The notes under the pieces are model-generated. The model ran no database searches. It was given only the letters and a program-made list of their open reading frames with translations, and was not told where the DNA came from. From the NCBI RefSeq assembly GCF_035594765.1, contig NC_085842.1, forward strand, positions 303,475,749 through 303,539,748: a DNA stretch of 64,000 bases, read 5' to 3'. This DNA comes from Anolis carolinensis (taxonomy: Eukaryota). The first letter of the stretch is position 1. Each line of letters starts with the position of its first letter. Below, piece after piece: positions 1 through 14,368 of the stretch. The position numbers and the translations under genes were made by a program.

Positions 1-2494
1 CATCGAAACACCCCCTCCCCTATCATGCTGACCTCTCTCTTCTTCTTCCCCGGTCCAAACGATATTATTTGGTTTATTAATATCCTCATAGACTGGTGTG
101 ACTCGTGCACACCTACCACTGATGTACTGTGTGTAGCTTAGATCAAGCCACATCATTTTAGTTCTGAATCGGCACTGATATCCCTCAAGACAATCGTAAA
201 TGACAACAGAGGTAATACCCGATTAAAAAATGTAGACATATAACTCTAACATAACCACTTTTCTCCCCTTGTATGATTTTAATATCACTGCCTAATGAAA
301 AAGCCTGTGAAGATTCAAAAGTTTGCAAGATATATTTTGTGCTTTTTAGTAGACCCAATAAAGATATCACTCCTTTGTAGATTTTGTATTCTGATAATTA
401 GTCCTTTCTAACAATTGTCCTATATCTCCTTAAATTCTGTAATTAAAAATGATTTGTGATGCTATGTGTATATCTTACACCCTCAAATAACAAACTCAGG
501 AGAAAATTCCAAAAGCAATTAAGCCTCTGATGCCACCTATATGTTATTTTAAATTATACATTTTATGGTCACTATTCTTTTATGACTGACATTTACATTT
601 TTGCGCATAAACTACAAATGTGCAGAAATGTACATGTACAATGAAAATTATTAACATAGACAGACATTTTTTATTTAGACAAATTATAGAGATTTCCCTA
701 GCCCATTCTTTCTTACCTGATTCCCTCCAGATGTCGTGAACTGCAATTTACAGCATGGAATTTGGAGGCACCTTCAGAAAGGCAGGCTTAACGGTATTAT
801 TCATGCCGTGCAGCATCCAGACACATATTAGAAGCAGGAAAATGAAAGATACTCAGTACAGCCAAGAGTACATATCCCTAATTTCCTGTTCTTATAATTC
901 CTGCCTGACTATGCTACACTCATCTGGGTCTCAACCTCTCCATGAGTAAATTCCACCTAATTGACAGAGCAAACTGTATTCCGGTGAATGCATACAGATT
1001 CAAAACTTCAAATATTTTGGATATTCCCAATGTACTTCAGATTACAAGGGGAAACAGCACATATCACCCATCCTGGGATAGGAAATATATGCCTATGTGC
1101 CATATGCCTCCCCACAAAATCATTCAGAGGCCTATGAGATCACTCCAGCATATACCCTCAAAATGTGGTTTTAAAGTGCTCCAATCTCCTGGGGGGCAAT
1201 TCTTCTCATGGGAGTCTATTCCTATTTAGGTTCGCAAAGGTTTTTTTTCTTCTTTTTTTGTAAAAAAAAGAAGAAAAACCCTTTGTGAACCTTTTTTTTG
1301 TAAAAAAAAGAAAAAAAAAGAAAGCGAGGCAGATGCTGATATTTCTTACACTCTTTTAAAAAGGACTTTTCTGGCATTGGGGACAAAACTGTGGTAAAAT
1401 TGCCCACATGGAAAAAATACAGATACAGAATGGCCTTTCAAAGTCCTACAGAAGACCAATGTAGCACATGGACTACCTGTTGCCCACCCATACATTATGG
1501 TATAATCATCGTGGTATGTCTGTTTCTGACTGCAATTACAGTTCAATAATAATTAATTTCAATTTTTATTAGCAGATTGTAAACAATCTGATAATAGTTC
1601 ATGATTCTAGTTATAGCTTAAAACGTTTTCACACACACAAAACAGCATTAAATAGCATAAAGTTTGTGACACTAAAAGAAAAGAATACCCAGTGTCAATG
1701 CAAAGTGAGGAATCCATCAGTATTCCACTGCATTGTCATCAACTACAAGATTTCCTGCATTTTGACTTGCATAACAATTCAATCCAGTACAACAATGCTA
1801 ATTTTTCAGATTTCCAGATGCTCTGTTTTATGGTCGTGGAAATGCTATTAAATTGTACCCTCTTTCTACCAAGATCTTGTTGCAATGCGCCTTCACCTCA
1901 TTTCCAACTTATAGCATATCTATCATGGAGTTTTACTGGTAAAATTTATTCACAAGGGGGCTGCCTTTGCATTCCTTTATGGCTGAGAGAGTATGGCTTG
2001 TCTATGGTGACCTAATAGGTTTCCATGGCCAAATCTGTATTTGAACCCTGGTCTCCAGAGTGTCAACTTGACAAACTGCTAAACCACATTGGCTGTCTTC
2101 GTTTAACAAGACAAACCTCCAGATATTTAAAAGACAGCTATTACATCTCCTTTGAATTTTCTCTTGCCCAAGTTAAACATTCTAAGCTCCCTGAACCATC
2201 TCTCACACATAGGAATTCATTACCTTATTTTATCAACACTCATAATCAAGCAAAGACAGATTGGAATAACTGGGGCGGAAATAATGTTGCTCTTGGGACA
2301 TTGCTGGATTCCAACTTCCACTGTTGTTCAATACTGGCTAGTGGCTAACGAGGCCAGAAAGGGGCTACAGTTCAACAATATCTGCAGAAATGCATCAATC
2401 CCAAATTGCAACCTGTCTGTTTTTAATGGTCCCCATTCTCCAAGCATTCTGTCATATTCTAGAATAAATATGAAAATTCCTTTAAAAGTTCCAT

Positions 2495-2830
2495 ATTTAT
2501 TTATTTATTTCTCAAATTTATATCCCGCCCTTCTCACCCGAAGGGACTCAGGGCGGATTACAACAGTGGCAACAATTAGATGCCCATACGAACCAATATA
2601 AAACAGCACATAAAACAGTTAAAACTATTAAAATACATTATGAATTAAAAATATACATTTCAAACATAAAATCAGATCCGTTCTTCCTCATGCTTTGCCT
2701 ATAGTTCAGTCCGTGTCATTTTCACCATTTATTGATTAAAAGCCTGGGCACACAGCCATGTTTTTAAGGCTTTTCTGAAGGCCAAAAGGGTTGGAATTTG
2801 ACGCATCTCTCTTGTGAGGGTAAAACACCA
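2495..2830 (-). mobile_element. L2-like LINE 3' end
   Basis: (TTTA)n followed by tatcccgcccttctcacccgaagggactcagggcgg; minus-strand FRKALKTWL remnant. Confidence 0.75.
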
Positions 2831-2911
2831 GACTACAATACCAGCGCTTATCTACACGACTGGTAGCCACAGGTTCATTTATCCACTTCCAATAGAATAT
2901 AGACTCTAGAC

Positions 2912-3046
2912 CAGTGGTTCTCAACCTGTGGGTCCCCAGATGTTTTGGCCTTCAACTCCCAGAAGTCCTAACAGCTGGTAAACTGGCTGGGATTTCTGGA
3001 AGTTGTAGGCCAAAACACCTAAGGACCCACAGGTTGAGAACCAATG
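2912..3046. mobile_element. hAT (Charlie-type) MITE
   Basis: TIR CAGTGGTTCTCAACCT, palindromic body, degenerate CTCTAGAC target. Confidence 0.85.
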
Positions 3047-4429
3047 CTCTTAAAATGTTTAGGTACTCCAGCACTACTCTATGGCATTCCTGGGCCAAGG
3101 GTTCTTAATTTCAATAAGTTTTGCTATTATCCACAGTATTGTTCATTCATGAGAAGTTCGTGAATATACATGAATTGTACTGTACTACAGAGGGGAATCT
3201 CTGAGAACATGTCTGATTTGTGAAGCGATAAGAGGTGATGTTAAAGATAGGGTCTTTGGGGGGAAAGTAAAGTTATTATTACAGTATTATGTTTATGACA
3301 CTCCCCCCCCCAACCAAGGATTTGGGCTCTAAGAGGCTGACAACTTACAAAACAATACAATTAAAATACAAAAGATAAATACTAAAACAGAATTAAACTA
3401 GCCACAATTATTAAAACATTTAGTTCATATACAATGAACAATTACTAAAAGTTGATTAAAAACAATTTGACTAAAATAATGCTCTCACATCTTACTAAAC
3501 AAGTTTTGATTATGGTGGGACACAGAAGGGCATCTCACAGAAGGGCATCTCAGAGCTTGGATCAACTCATACAAGGAGATATGATCTGTTAAATTGCCTG
3601 GAACTGAGAAGTATAGAACTTTACAGGCCACAACCAGCACTTTAAATCAGTACTATAGCTATTACTCCATGAATGGCACTACCTTTCCTCAGTGTTGGGA
3701 TTGCATGCTTCTGTAAGTCAAGGGGCTATGTTGACACAGCAATAGAGCTGTCAGTAGGTTCTACCATATCAGAAAGGCTTTTACTGAATAGCCAGACTAA
3801 ATATGTCAAATAGCTACTGGCAGTAGCTGTAGTGGGGGTTACACTGGTAGAAAATCTCTAAGAGACAATGGTGCAGAAAAAGTCATGGTAAACCCATTTT
3901 GAATGTCTTTTAACCACAAAAACGCTATGATGAGATAATTTCAAAATGAAATAAAAATAGTGTCTGAAGATGAAATTCCCAGGCTGGATGGCATTCATCA
4001 AGCTATTGGGATAAAACAGAAAGAAGACCAGTACAAATAGGGATGGGGCTAGTGATGCAAGTGGAACCAAGATGAAAGGACATTAAGCTATCAACATGCT
4101 CAGAGTTGAAAGGGAAGTCCAAAGCTGCACAACATGTTACAGGACCAAGGAATGTGAGAAACATGAATCATAGTAAAACAAGGAATCAATTATATAATAT
4201 TGCACATTTAACATTAGCAGATTTAGAGGATGAAAGCCACTATGGAAGAACTAGAGATTTCTAGAGACAACTTCTCTAAGAATCTCTCGATCCTACGAAG
4301 CAAATCTATGATCAGTCTCTGTAGGACTTAGAATGAGGTATTCTCAGGTACAAAAAAGGGTGGGGTTTAATCAGAGTTTTTCCACAACCCTAACTCCCAT
4401 GAAAGTGAAGGGCCTATTGTACTTGGCAT

Positions 4430-5410
4430 AAGTGAGATCAAGTGGACATTTTGAGTCAGATATTTACATAATTTTTTACTCAGAAAATGAAAATCTAAGA
4501 ATATAAGGGGTGGCATTAATAGCAAGGAGAAACATAGTAAATGCAGTCAAAGGAAGTAATGCGAAGTCTAACTAAATCGTATCAATAAGACTTCAAGGAA
4601 GACCCATTAATACAATCTTAATTCAAGTTTATGCTCCAGCCACAAAAGAAAAAGAAGAAATTGAAAGATTATGCTGAAGTCCTAAAAGAAAATTAATTAC
4701 ACACAAAAACAGGAATTTTTGTTAATTATAGGCAAAATGCAGAAGTAGCAAGCAGATCAGAATCAAAGAGGAAAAATTAGTCTAGGATCAAGAAATTAAG
4801 TGGGAGAGTAGTTTGTTTAATTATGCAAAGCCAACTATTTGTTCATTGATGTGGAGAGCTACTATCCAGAAAAAACAAAGACAACAATTTAAAAGAACAA
4901 AAGACCTCTTGCACGTGAACTGAGAAAGCAAAGAAAAATTTAAACTAAGATTCTCAAGTGTCAAGATTTACAATTGTATATTATAGTTGGGGCTCTCTGT
5001 GTCATATTTCAGATTTCTAGACGGTTGTGAAAGCTGGAAAATTAGAAAAGCTGAAAAGGAAAAAAATGAACTCATTTGAAATGTGGTGCTGGAGAAGATT
5101 TTTAACAGATACCAAGGACTGCTAAAAAGACAAATAAATGGGTCTGAAAGCAAATTCAACCTGAAATCACCTTAGAAACCAAGATGACTAAACCAAAACT
5201 GTCATACATTGGTCATATCATGAGAAGACATGATACTTGAAAAGGCAATGTTGCTTTGTGAGACAGAAGGCAGTAGGAAAAGAGGAAGACTGCATTACAG
5301 AAGGATAGACTCAATCAATCATTCTGAAAGACAAGGGCATGTCTGTTGATGATAGGGTGACTTGGAGATTTTTAATTCACAGGGTCACCATAGGAACAAC
5401 AGTTAACAAA
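4430..5410 (+). mobile_element. Degraded, internally deleted RTE/BovB-like LINE
   Basis: Endonuclease remnant (ISIRLQGRPIN..LIQVYAP) and 3' remnant (GCESW...FEMWCWRR...YIGHIMRR). Confidence 0.8.
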
Positions 5411-6139
5411 AGTGAACAACAAAACCACAACTATTAAACTTCTTCCTCAAAATAAAATACCTATCATCTTCCTAGTATTTTCTTTAAAGTTAATTTTTTT
5501 TTTCAATTCAGCAAATAGTTGATTTGCTGTCTAGTATAATGGTGAGTGCAGGGTACTTTTTTCTTCCTGCTGCTGAAACATATGCTGTTTTCATTTTATT
5601 GCCTTTCATTGCAATGTAATACTTATGATTTAAACCACCAAAGAACATTGTTATCATGGAGTTTATAAATGTTGTAAATATATATAATACTGTGGCAAGT
5701 AACTGAGCTTTAATCTGGAACACAACTGCAAAGGGAAAACTTGTTTGGTACTTCAGATAATGAGACAACTAACCTGTCTCCTATGTCAAAATGTGAATGA
5801 AGGAGGCACTGCATTTCTGATGCTTCCATACTATGAAGCACAGGATAAAGATGCAGGAAGCTGAGAATCATAGTGAATTTTGGAAAAACAGTATGGCCAA
5901 GTCTTAAAAAGAAAACCCATCACGCTTTATTCTATCTGTGGCAAGACCCTCTAAGATGATGGGAAGACAATGAATTAATAGAAGAACATCGCAGCTCTCC
6001 ATTCTCCAAAGACAGTGTACATATTTTCACAACTGCATAATAAACTGTACCCAATGAAGTTATTTCCTCTAAACAGTTGTTAAAGATATAGGGTTCCTAC
6101 CCTCCATTAAATCTGTTCACTTTTAAAGAAAGAGAATAC

Positions 6140-6600
6140 AGTAGAGTCCCGGTTATCCAAGATAAAGGGGTGGGCCCAATCTCGGATAACCGGAACTGCT
6201 CGGATTGCCGGGAGGCCCTATTATCCCTCCCGGCAATCCGGTTTAGGGAAGCACCCATGAGCGCTGCTGCCTAGCAATGCTCATGGGCGCTTCCCAAGGG
6301 GCGAGAGCTTACCGAGGGACGTCTCCCCACATCTCCCTCGGCCAGGCCCTTGCTGGAGGAAAGAGTTTCTCCAGCAAGGGCCTGGCTGAAGAAAACCCGC
6401 TGCACGTTCCTCATTTCTCGGAGCAAGGGCCTGTCCCTCCGAGAAACACTGAGCGTGCCCCAGATCCTCCTCGGCCAGGCCCTTGCTGGAAGAAAGTTTC
6501 CTCCAGCAATGGCCTGGTCGGACATCCGGGGAGACATCCCTCGGCAACCCCTCGCCCCTCGGGAAGCACCCCACGAGCGCTGCAGCAACTCAAAATGCTG
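6140..6600. mobile_element. Tigger/pogo-like element end with GC-rich palindromic interior
   Basis: TA|CAGTAGAGTCCCGGTTATCCAAG terminus is related to the MITE TIR. Second TIR not found. Confidence 0.6.
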
Positions 6601-7869
6601 CTCGTATGTCAAAGCGAAACCTGATTTGAGCAACAGCTCTTGACTCAAAATTCAATATTATAAATACTCATAAGGCTCCTAACAGCAGGCTTCTGAGGCA
6701 GATGAAAAGGAACTAAGGGTGTAGCTGGGACGTGTGCTGGGTATGCATAAAGGGAATAGGTGAAGTAACCGCCAAAATGCTTATTTTGCTGCTCTGGAAG
6801 GTTCTGAAGCACATAATGCGCAGGCACAAATAACCCATTTGTGTGAGTCACAGAGACCGCAAAGAATCTGCCCTTCCTCTGCAAGATATCGGAGTACAAT
6901 AAATTTAGCAGCATATGAAAACAAATACAATATTACAAAATAAGAGGTACAAATACTATTCAATCAGCAAACAAACACAAAACCAACTAAAAATGTAAAT
7001 TTTAAAATGCAAGGCTAAAAAGGAACATTTTTGGATTAAGCACCAAAAAAAAGGTGAAGCTATCGTGATTTCCTTGGGAAATTTCTTCGATTCAAAGAGG
7101 ATTTCTGAAGCAGCAATCTTACAACTTACTATTATAGCCTCCCTCTTTTCAATATCACTATCTCATAAGATCCATCCTCTTTTGCTTGATGTAACATAAA
7201 ATGTACAAAAGTCAAGAATATAGTTATGTAGACATCCCCAAGCATCCTTGTTCACATCCCCAGACTGCAACATGTGTAACATATCCCAACTATAATGATG
7301 CTCTACAATTTAAAATAAAGAAGAATAGAGTAATACAAATACCTATCTATAGTCTAATCATTATACAACAGAGTATCATTTAATAAGAACACAAACAACC
7401 AGAACTCTGAAGAAACCAGGAAAAACAATCAAAGAAATAAAATCTGAATAAGAAGCATGTGTTTATAATACAGTAAAATAGTAAACTAAATTTATCTGGT
7501 ATCTACCAATCCCCATAGGTACAATAGACTCTCAGTTAACCAGTTATCAATTTTTTTTATTCCCCCCTACTAACTATAATTACAAAAAGTGCATCTAAGC
7601 TCAAATTACATTAAGGGTGCCATCAACTGGAAATTGAATTGAAAGTTTCTGAACTTCTCACAAAAAGAAAGTTGAGTGGGAGTGTGAAAGGAGGTGCTCA
7701 ACACAACTTCAAGACATTAAACAATGATTTTACAGTATGCCTTAACCAGCCTATTTGTTTATTCATTGTGAACCAGCTCTCTAATAAACAAAAGTTCTCT
7801 GAACAATGCATAGCACATTACTCATTTTTGAGAAAAGCAAAGAATATGAGAAATGATAACAATACTGAC

Positions 7870-7903
<34 letters not shown>

Positions 7904-8625
7904 GTTTATTTATATCCCGCCTCCACCTCCCCCGAACAGGATTCAGGGCGGCTTACAGCAAAATCAAAATACAAGCAATGATAAAATATAAAACATCAAA
8001 GGACAAAAACAAAAACCAATAATAAAATATACACAATAGGTGAAAAAACATAACACAGAATTAAAACATCAAATTAAAAACAATGAGGTTGCAATAGTGG
8101 ATAAGCAAGGTGCACATTATGAGTAACGAATTCGTAAATAGATAAAGTGCATTAGAATCATTTAAGGTCACATTAGGTAGGGAGGAGTCCTGAATAATAT
8201 CAAGCAATCAGGAATCAGGGGAAGAGCGACCAGTGCAAAAGGTCAAGAAGCATAATAATTGTGATGGAGAAAGGTTATCTTAACCAAACGCCTGGGTGAA
8301 AAGCCAAGTTTTCAGACTCTTCTGAAATGCCATCAAGGTGGGGGCTTGCCTGATCTCCCCAGGCAGCAAATTCCATAACCAGAGGGCCACTACAGAGAAG
8401 GCCCTCTCCCTCGTCCCCACCAACCGCGCTTGTGATGCTGGCGGAAGCGAGAGAAGGGCCTCCCCTGATGACCGAAGAGACCGTACAGGTTCGTAGGGGG
8501 AGAGACGATCCCGAAGGTAGATGGGTCCCAAACCGTTCCGAGCTTTATAGGTGATCACCAGCACTTTGAATTGGGTCCGGAAAATGAGCGGTAGCCAGTG
8601 GAGCTCCTTAAACAGGAGGGTTGAC
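7870..8625 (-). mobile_element. L2 LINE 3' fragment with (TTA)n tail
   Basis: ORF 8280-8564 TYKA.NGLGP.YLRDRL..Y...R.LRS...WN.LP...F.K.LKT.LF and a 3' stem-loop. Confidence 0.88.
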
Positions 8626-10414
8626 TAGTAATACTAGTATTACTTAGTTGTGAATGTTTAAATTAGATCTGTAGGTCTAATACTTAATTTAAATGCTGAT
8701 TATCATCTTTAAATGGTTTTGGATAAGTTTATTGGAGAAATACTGGCTTCTGTATAAACCTACCTAAGCTTAAAGATCAGACATTTAGGGCCTGATAACA
8801 TCCTCACTGTCAAGATTATCACACTGGCAGCCGTGAGAACCAGGGTCTTTTCTGTGGAGGTCCTTATCATATGAACTGGCCCTATGACCTAGTTCCCTCT
8901 TGATTTAAAATGACCCTTAAAAGCTTGTGTGGTTCCAACCCATTTTTACATAAGTGGAAATAGATTTTTAATTTAAAGTTGTTTTTACTCCTGCTGTTCT
9001 TTTAGGAAATGTTTTATGCTGCTGTTTTAATTAGATGTATTCTGCATTTTATTCTTTTATAATTTTATTTTGTAAACCATCATGAAAAAGTCCCACCTCA
9101 AAAAGACTGAAAACTGTTGATCATTATACCACTTCTATGTTTAAACACTGCCTAGCACATTGTCTCTTTCTAAAAACAACAAAAGGCATTACTTTCACAA
9201 TAACACTATCACAAGGTTTTTTTTTCAAACACTGCTGTATCATTCATTCCCTTCTATGCCATATCTAGCCAAAAGTTCCTTTATTGATCTAGCAGCAAAC
9301 TAGTTAAGGTTTTTTACTAGAAACCAGTATTCCTATCTTTGTAATCATATTTACTCATAAACAAGTCAATGAGGTACATTTTCAGATAATTATTTTCCTA
9401 CGGGTTCCCCATAGTTCATAAGGTCCCTCCTGTATCAGACTGCACAATTCTGTATTCTGTTTAACATATTAGATAACCAGATGCTCCCTAAGATGTCCAC
9501 AAGCAAGATTAATGGGCAACAACCCTCTCCCACTATTATTTTGCATCAAATGGCATTCAAGAGCATTATGATCCTGTACACAGCATCAATGTATTCACAA
9601 CAAAGAATTCAGTGACATCAACAAATCAAAGCATTGGGTTGCTTTGTAATACAGAAGCAAACACAATGATACAAAAGATTTGTACGATTGTAATTTTGCA
9701 ATACACGGTGCTGTATCACAGTCACCCAAGGTTTTGAATGGAAACAACAAGACTACAGCAAAGAGGTACAGCCATAATGAAATGCAGGCCTACATCAAGT
9801 CCTTCTCTGTCCACTTGCATTAGAATATTGATATTAGAAGACACACCACTGTGACAAGTCCTAAATGACACTGATTATATTCTGGTACACAGGCAGCAAC
9901 CTTTTACAAAAAATCAACAGAATTAGAACTATATCTGCTTAACTCAACTATTGCAACTTTTGTGAACTAGACTTCAAATCCACTTCCTTTTGAGCCTCAA
10001 GGTGCAATAGTTAAGCAATGTTTTTTCATTATTCCACAATTTGCAGACCACTGTTTTTCTTTGCATTTCCTTTGGCATGTAACTCTACAACTATTAATTT
10101 AAATCAATACCACTGCCCAAGATTCCAATATTATCCCAGTCATGAACTTACTAGGTAAGTGTGATTTACCCAGTTACAGGTTTGCTGTAAAATGTATTAA
10201 GAAAATATACATGAACAATTTTAACACACTGAAATGATACATACATTACAATACATTTTGTTAAGGAAGATGTAGTACATATGCTGTGCACATATTCAGT
10301 CACCATTATTTCTTGCCAGAACTATCAGGTAACCAAGTTAAAGACTTCTGCCCAAGACCTCTGTTTCAGCAGAAACAAATATTACTTGGCAAGATAAAAG
10401 AGTGTTTTTTTGTT

Positions 10415-10625
10415 GTTGTTGTTGTGTGCCTTCTAATTGTGTTCAACTTATAGCAAGCCTAAGATAACACTAGCACAAGGTTTTTTTTCCACAAAATCTG
10501 TTTGGGGGCGTGGGGGGTATAGTCTTCCTCTGAGGGTATGAGAGTATATGACTTGCCCAAAGACATGTGGTTTCCATGATCAAGTATGGATTTGGTCTCC
10601 TAGAGGACTATTCCAGCATTTAAAG
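10415..10625 (-). mobile_element. Degraded SINE of the same family as 13245-13455
   Basis: gttgttgtgtgccttc tail and tgacttgcccaa core. Confidence 0.6.
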
Positions 10626-10799
10626 TAATACATCATCCTGGCCCAATTTATCCTGGACAAATACTCTAAGTCAATACAGGGCCTTCCAAAATGAGACATA
10701 TCCACCCTACACTGGGCTACTGAAATATGAGTTACGTGTGGCTGCCTTTGAAGTTGGCTTAGCAATTGCTCCCTTCCTCCCCTGAGCACTGCTGTGTGA

Positions 10800-11048
10800 A
10801 TATGCCCTTCAAGTCACCTGTTGATCATACTGATCCAATGAATTTCATAAGGCTTATTCTTTGCCAAGGGTTACTCAGAAATGATTTTCCCAATTCCTTC
10901 CTCTCAAATATAGCCTACAGCACTTGGTATTCATTGGTGGTCTGTCCCGTTGTTGTCCCCCTGTCCCCCATATCCAGGGATTAACCATGGCTGACCTTGC
11001 ATACCTTCCAAGATCAGATAGAATCCAGTACCTTTAGGGTATTTAGGC
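10800..11048 (-). mobile_element. 5S rRNA-derived SINE (SINE3 / 5S-Sauria-like) with RTE-like tail
   Basis: 10912-11048 is a degraded reverse complement of 5S rRNA (agcctacagcac.tggtattc...aagatcaga...agggtat.taggc), followed by a tail ending GACTTGAAGG. Confidence 0.75.
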
Positions 11049-11261
11049 CCTCTCCACTAAGTTTCCCAAATCTCTTTCATGGTTTGGAAGGAGAGATGGG
11101 ATTTATTCTATTCACAGATTCCATTTCATCATTGGAAAACACTAGTTGATCATCCTGTGAGCATTCCAAAACACAATGATATTTGATCAAAATAAAAAAT
11201 AAATAAATTCTATCAGTAAATTTTCTCAAAAAAGGAGGAACAGTTTTTCAATATTATGGTA

Positions 11262-11582
11262 CAGTAGAGTCTCACTTATGCAAGCCTCAGTTATCCAAGC
11301 TTCTGGATTATCCAAGGCATTTTTGTAGTAAATGTTTTCAATATATCGTGATATTTTGGTGATACATTCGTAAATACAGTAATTACAACAACATTACTGC
11401 GTATTGAACTACTTTTTCTGTCAAATTTGTTGTATAACATGATGTTTTGGTGCTTAATTTGTAAAATCATAACCTAATTTGCTGTTTAATAGGCTTTTCC
11501 TTAATCCCTCCTTATTATCCAAGATATTCGCTTATCCAAGCTTCTGCCGGCCCGTTTAGGTTGGATAAGTGAGACTCTACTG
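11262..11582 (+). mobile_element. Tc1/mariner-pogo (Tigger-like) MITE
   Basis: TIRs CAGTAGAGTCTCACTTAT and ATAAGTGAGACTCTACTG with TA TSD. Confidence 0.92.
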
Positions 11583-13244
11583 TAGTATGAAAAGTACATC
11601 ACTTTAAAATTTACCCTGAAGCTATGGTTACAAATGACAAAGAATAATGTATAATATCAATCAAGGTTAACAACAACTGAGATCCAAAGAGCACATTTGT
11701 TTAAAAAATCAATGAGATTTCTCCACTCAACCAAACTGCTTAACAGTTTCTTCTGACTACAAAAGTCTTCCTTTTCAGTAACCCCTGATGTTGAAACAAG
11801 GACTGGGAGTAGGATCTGAAAATCCAAGTGTAAATGGCCCTCTGGAACTATATCAGAAGATGACTTTTAGTGTTATCAACATTTACTATTGTTTAGTATA
11901 ACACAAAAGATACTTTCCAAACATAAGCACATGTAACACTTATTTGCATGAAATACTCAGGAGCTAGTTTTCAATGCTCAACATCAAACCTTAGTGGAAT
12001 ACAACAAACATCTCAACTGGAATGAAAACAGAACACGAAATATGAGTCAGTCAAACTTGCAAACTAAATCAGCAAGGTTCAACTCCTGGGTGAAACATAA
12101 TTCACACTTCAATCTCCTCTATGGTGCTGGGTTTTCACACACTGCTCACAGTATAGGTCCCACCACAAAGAATCAGTTCTAGTGGCTTCACGGTGAATGG
12201 TGCTGTTTTTTATTGATCCATTTTTCAGCACTACATTTATCCAGTATCTAGCAATGCTTTTCCTTGATCCTTGACATTCAGTACAGCTGCTTCTGAGTGC
12301 AAAAGGAGCTACATTTCAATTTGCCATTCACTGCTGTCTGTCCCAAAAAGGACTTCTGCATTTTCCAGTTAGGTAGAATATTAGGACTGAATTGCTGTGT
12401 CTGATTTCTTAAGATTTCTTCTCTTTTTCCAAACATTGCTAACTCACAACTTGTTTTTACCCTGAGTATAATAAATGAAGACAACTATATTAGTCTGTTT
12501 TACTATGAAAACAGATAGTAGAAATAACCTGGTTACACATTTTAAAGCAAACTTATTCAAGCTAGCATGATCTTCACGGATCACAGTTCACTTCTTCAGC
12601 AGCACTGATGGAACATAAATGTCCAAGCAACAGTATTTAAGCAGAGTCATATAGTTGTGGCCATGGAATCAGAGTAGAACAGAATACAGAAAGATGCAAA
12701 TGGTTACATTGGCCATAAATCTCGAAAGGATTGAGTAAGATAATACAGGTGTATCTGTTACTGTGACCAAGGCACTATGCTGGGGAGGTAGCCTTCCACA
12801 GTTCTACCATCTCCTCAAAGCTGTGACCAGAAGAAAACAGAAAAAGGCAGTAGACCCTTCATGCTAAAACATCCCTCTGCTGCCTGGCAATGAAAGTAAA
12901 GAAAGCAGATACCTTCAAAAATGCTGTCTCCTGGAAGATAAATTACAATATGGTGCATTGTGGGTGTTAGCCAATTGAGTTTTTTGCTCATGTATGGTGG
13001 GGACAGAGAAGGAAAACAGGAGGGTGCCTGAAGTGCCAAAAATCTTTCTGCCTTTCTTCTGCAGCAAATGGACAATAACTCTTTAAGACAAGGAAAGAGA
13101 AATTTTACACATTGCTTAAAATAAGAGCTTACTACATGGCACAATGGTCAGAGTACGTGATAAATAAATCTAGGCTCTGTGAAGAGTACATCTAGTTGCC
13201 AATGAGACCTGAAGTAGCTGAATGACTTTAGGTTAAACACCTGT

Positions 13245-13455
13245 TGTGTATCTTCAAGTTATTTCCACGCTTACGACGATTCTAAGGCAAACCTGTCATA
13301 AGGTTTTCTTGGCAAGATTTTGTCAGAGAAGGTTTGAAGTTGCCTTCTCCTGAGGCTGAGAGGGAGTGATTTGTCCAAGGTCCCCCTGTAGGTTTCCAAG
13401 GCTGAACTCTCAGAGTTCTAGTCCAACACTCAAACCACGACACTATGCTTGGCTC
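13245..13455 (-). mobile_element. tRNA-head CORE-like SINE with RTE-like tail
   Basis: Matches other degraded copies at ~1950-2090 and ~10415-10620 (ggttttcttggcaagattt...tgaggctgagag...tagtccaacactcaaacc). Confidence 0.7.
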
Positions 13456-13589
13456 TGACAAAGTTATGTGAAGATGCAATGAGGAAGATGAAAACATAAG
13501 GATATAAAAATAATAAATCAATAAATACAGATCCAGCTCTCTTGAGGAATATGCATAACCAAGAGCAGTATATTTTTTCTAGTTCTGGT

Positions 13590-14368
13590 TCCGTCTGCTA
13601 CTTTTAAAGGCTTTGGGGTTGTGTTGGACTCAACGCTGACGATAGAGGCCCAAATCACTGCCATAAGCAAGCAGGCCTTTTTTCATCTTCGCTAGGCAAA
13701 GAAATTGGCATCCTACCTTTCGACAGAGGCATTGGCAACGGTAATCCATGCAACAATCACCACTAGGCTAGATTATTGTAACGCCTTATATGCCAGCCTT
13801 CCGAAGACAAAACCCCAGAAGATCCGAATGGTCCAAAATGCCAGGCTGCTAGTGGGATCATCTATAAGATCCCATATTACACCGATTCTGAAACAATTGC
13901 ATTGGCTACCAATAGAACATCGGATCTCTTACAAGATACTGATCCTGACATTCAGAGCTCGAAATGGCCAAGGACCATTATATCTTAGGGACTGCCTCAT
14001 TCTTTTTTTTCCATCAGTGGTCACCTCAATCCTCCCAGGAAAATTTCCTATATGTACTGGGCCCTAGGGAGGTACACCTGGAAGCTACAAGGCATAGAGT
14101 CTTTTCGACCTATGCTCCAATTCTGTGGAACTCATTGCCTCCATATGTTAGAGCAATGTCGGAGTTGCGACCTTTTGCAAAAGCGCTCAAGACTTGGCTG
14201 TTTGGTTGTGCATTTAAGTAAATCAGATCTAATTTGCCAAATAGTCACTGTTGAATGTTTTTATGTTGAATGTTTTTATATTGTGGAATGATATTTTAAA
14301 TTGTAAGTCGCTCGGAGCACTCTGGTGGAGAGCGACTAATTAAGAAATAAAGTGAAGTGAAGTGAAGT
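13590..14368 (+). mobile_element. L2 LINE 3' fragment (frameshifted ORF2) with (AAGTG)n tail
   Basis: RLDYCNALY...HITPILKQLHWLPI...WNSLP...LKTWLF. Confidence 0.9.

Noticed and set aside
1-187. Possible LTR end at the window edge
   Set aside because: Truncated by the window; no partner repeat or TSD to confirm.
6271-6648. Overlapping ORFs on both strands with similar peptides
   Set aside because: Artefact of the nested inverted repeats.
10912-11048. Functional 5S rRNA gene
   Set aside because: Heavily diverged, has an insertion and is fused to a SINE tail.
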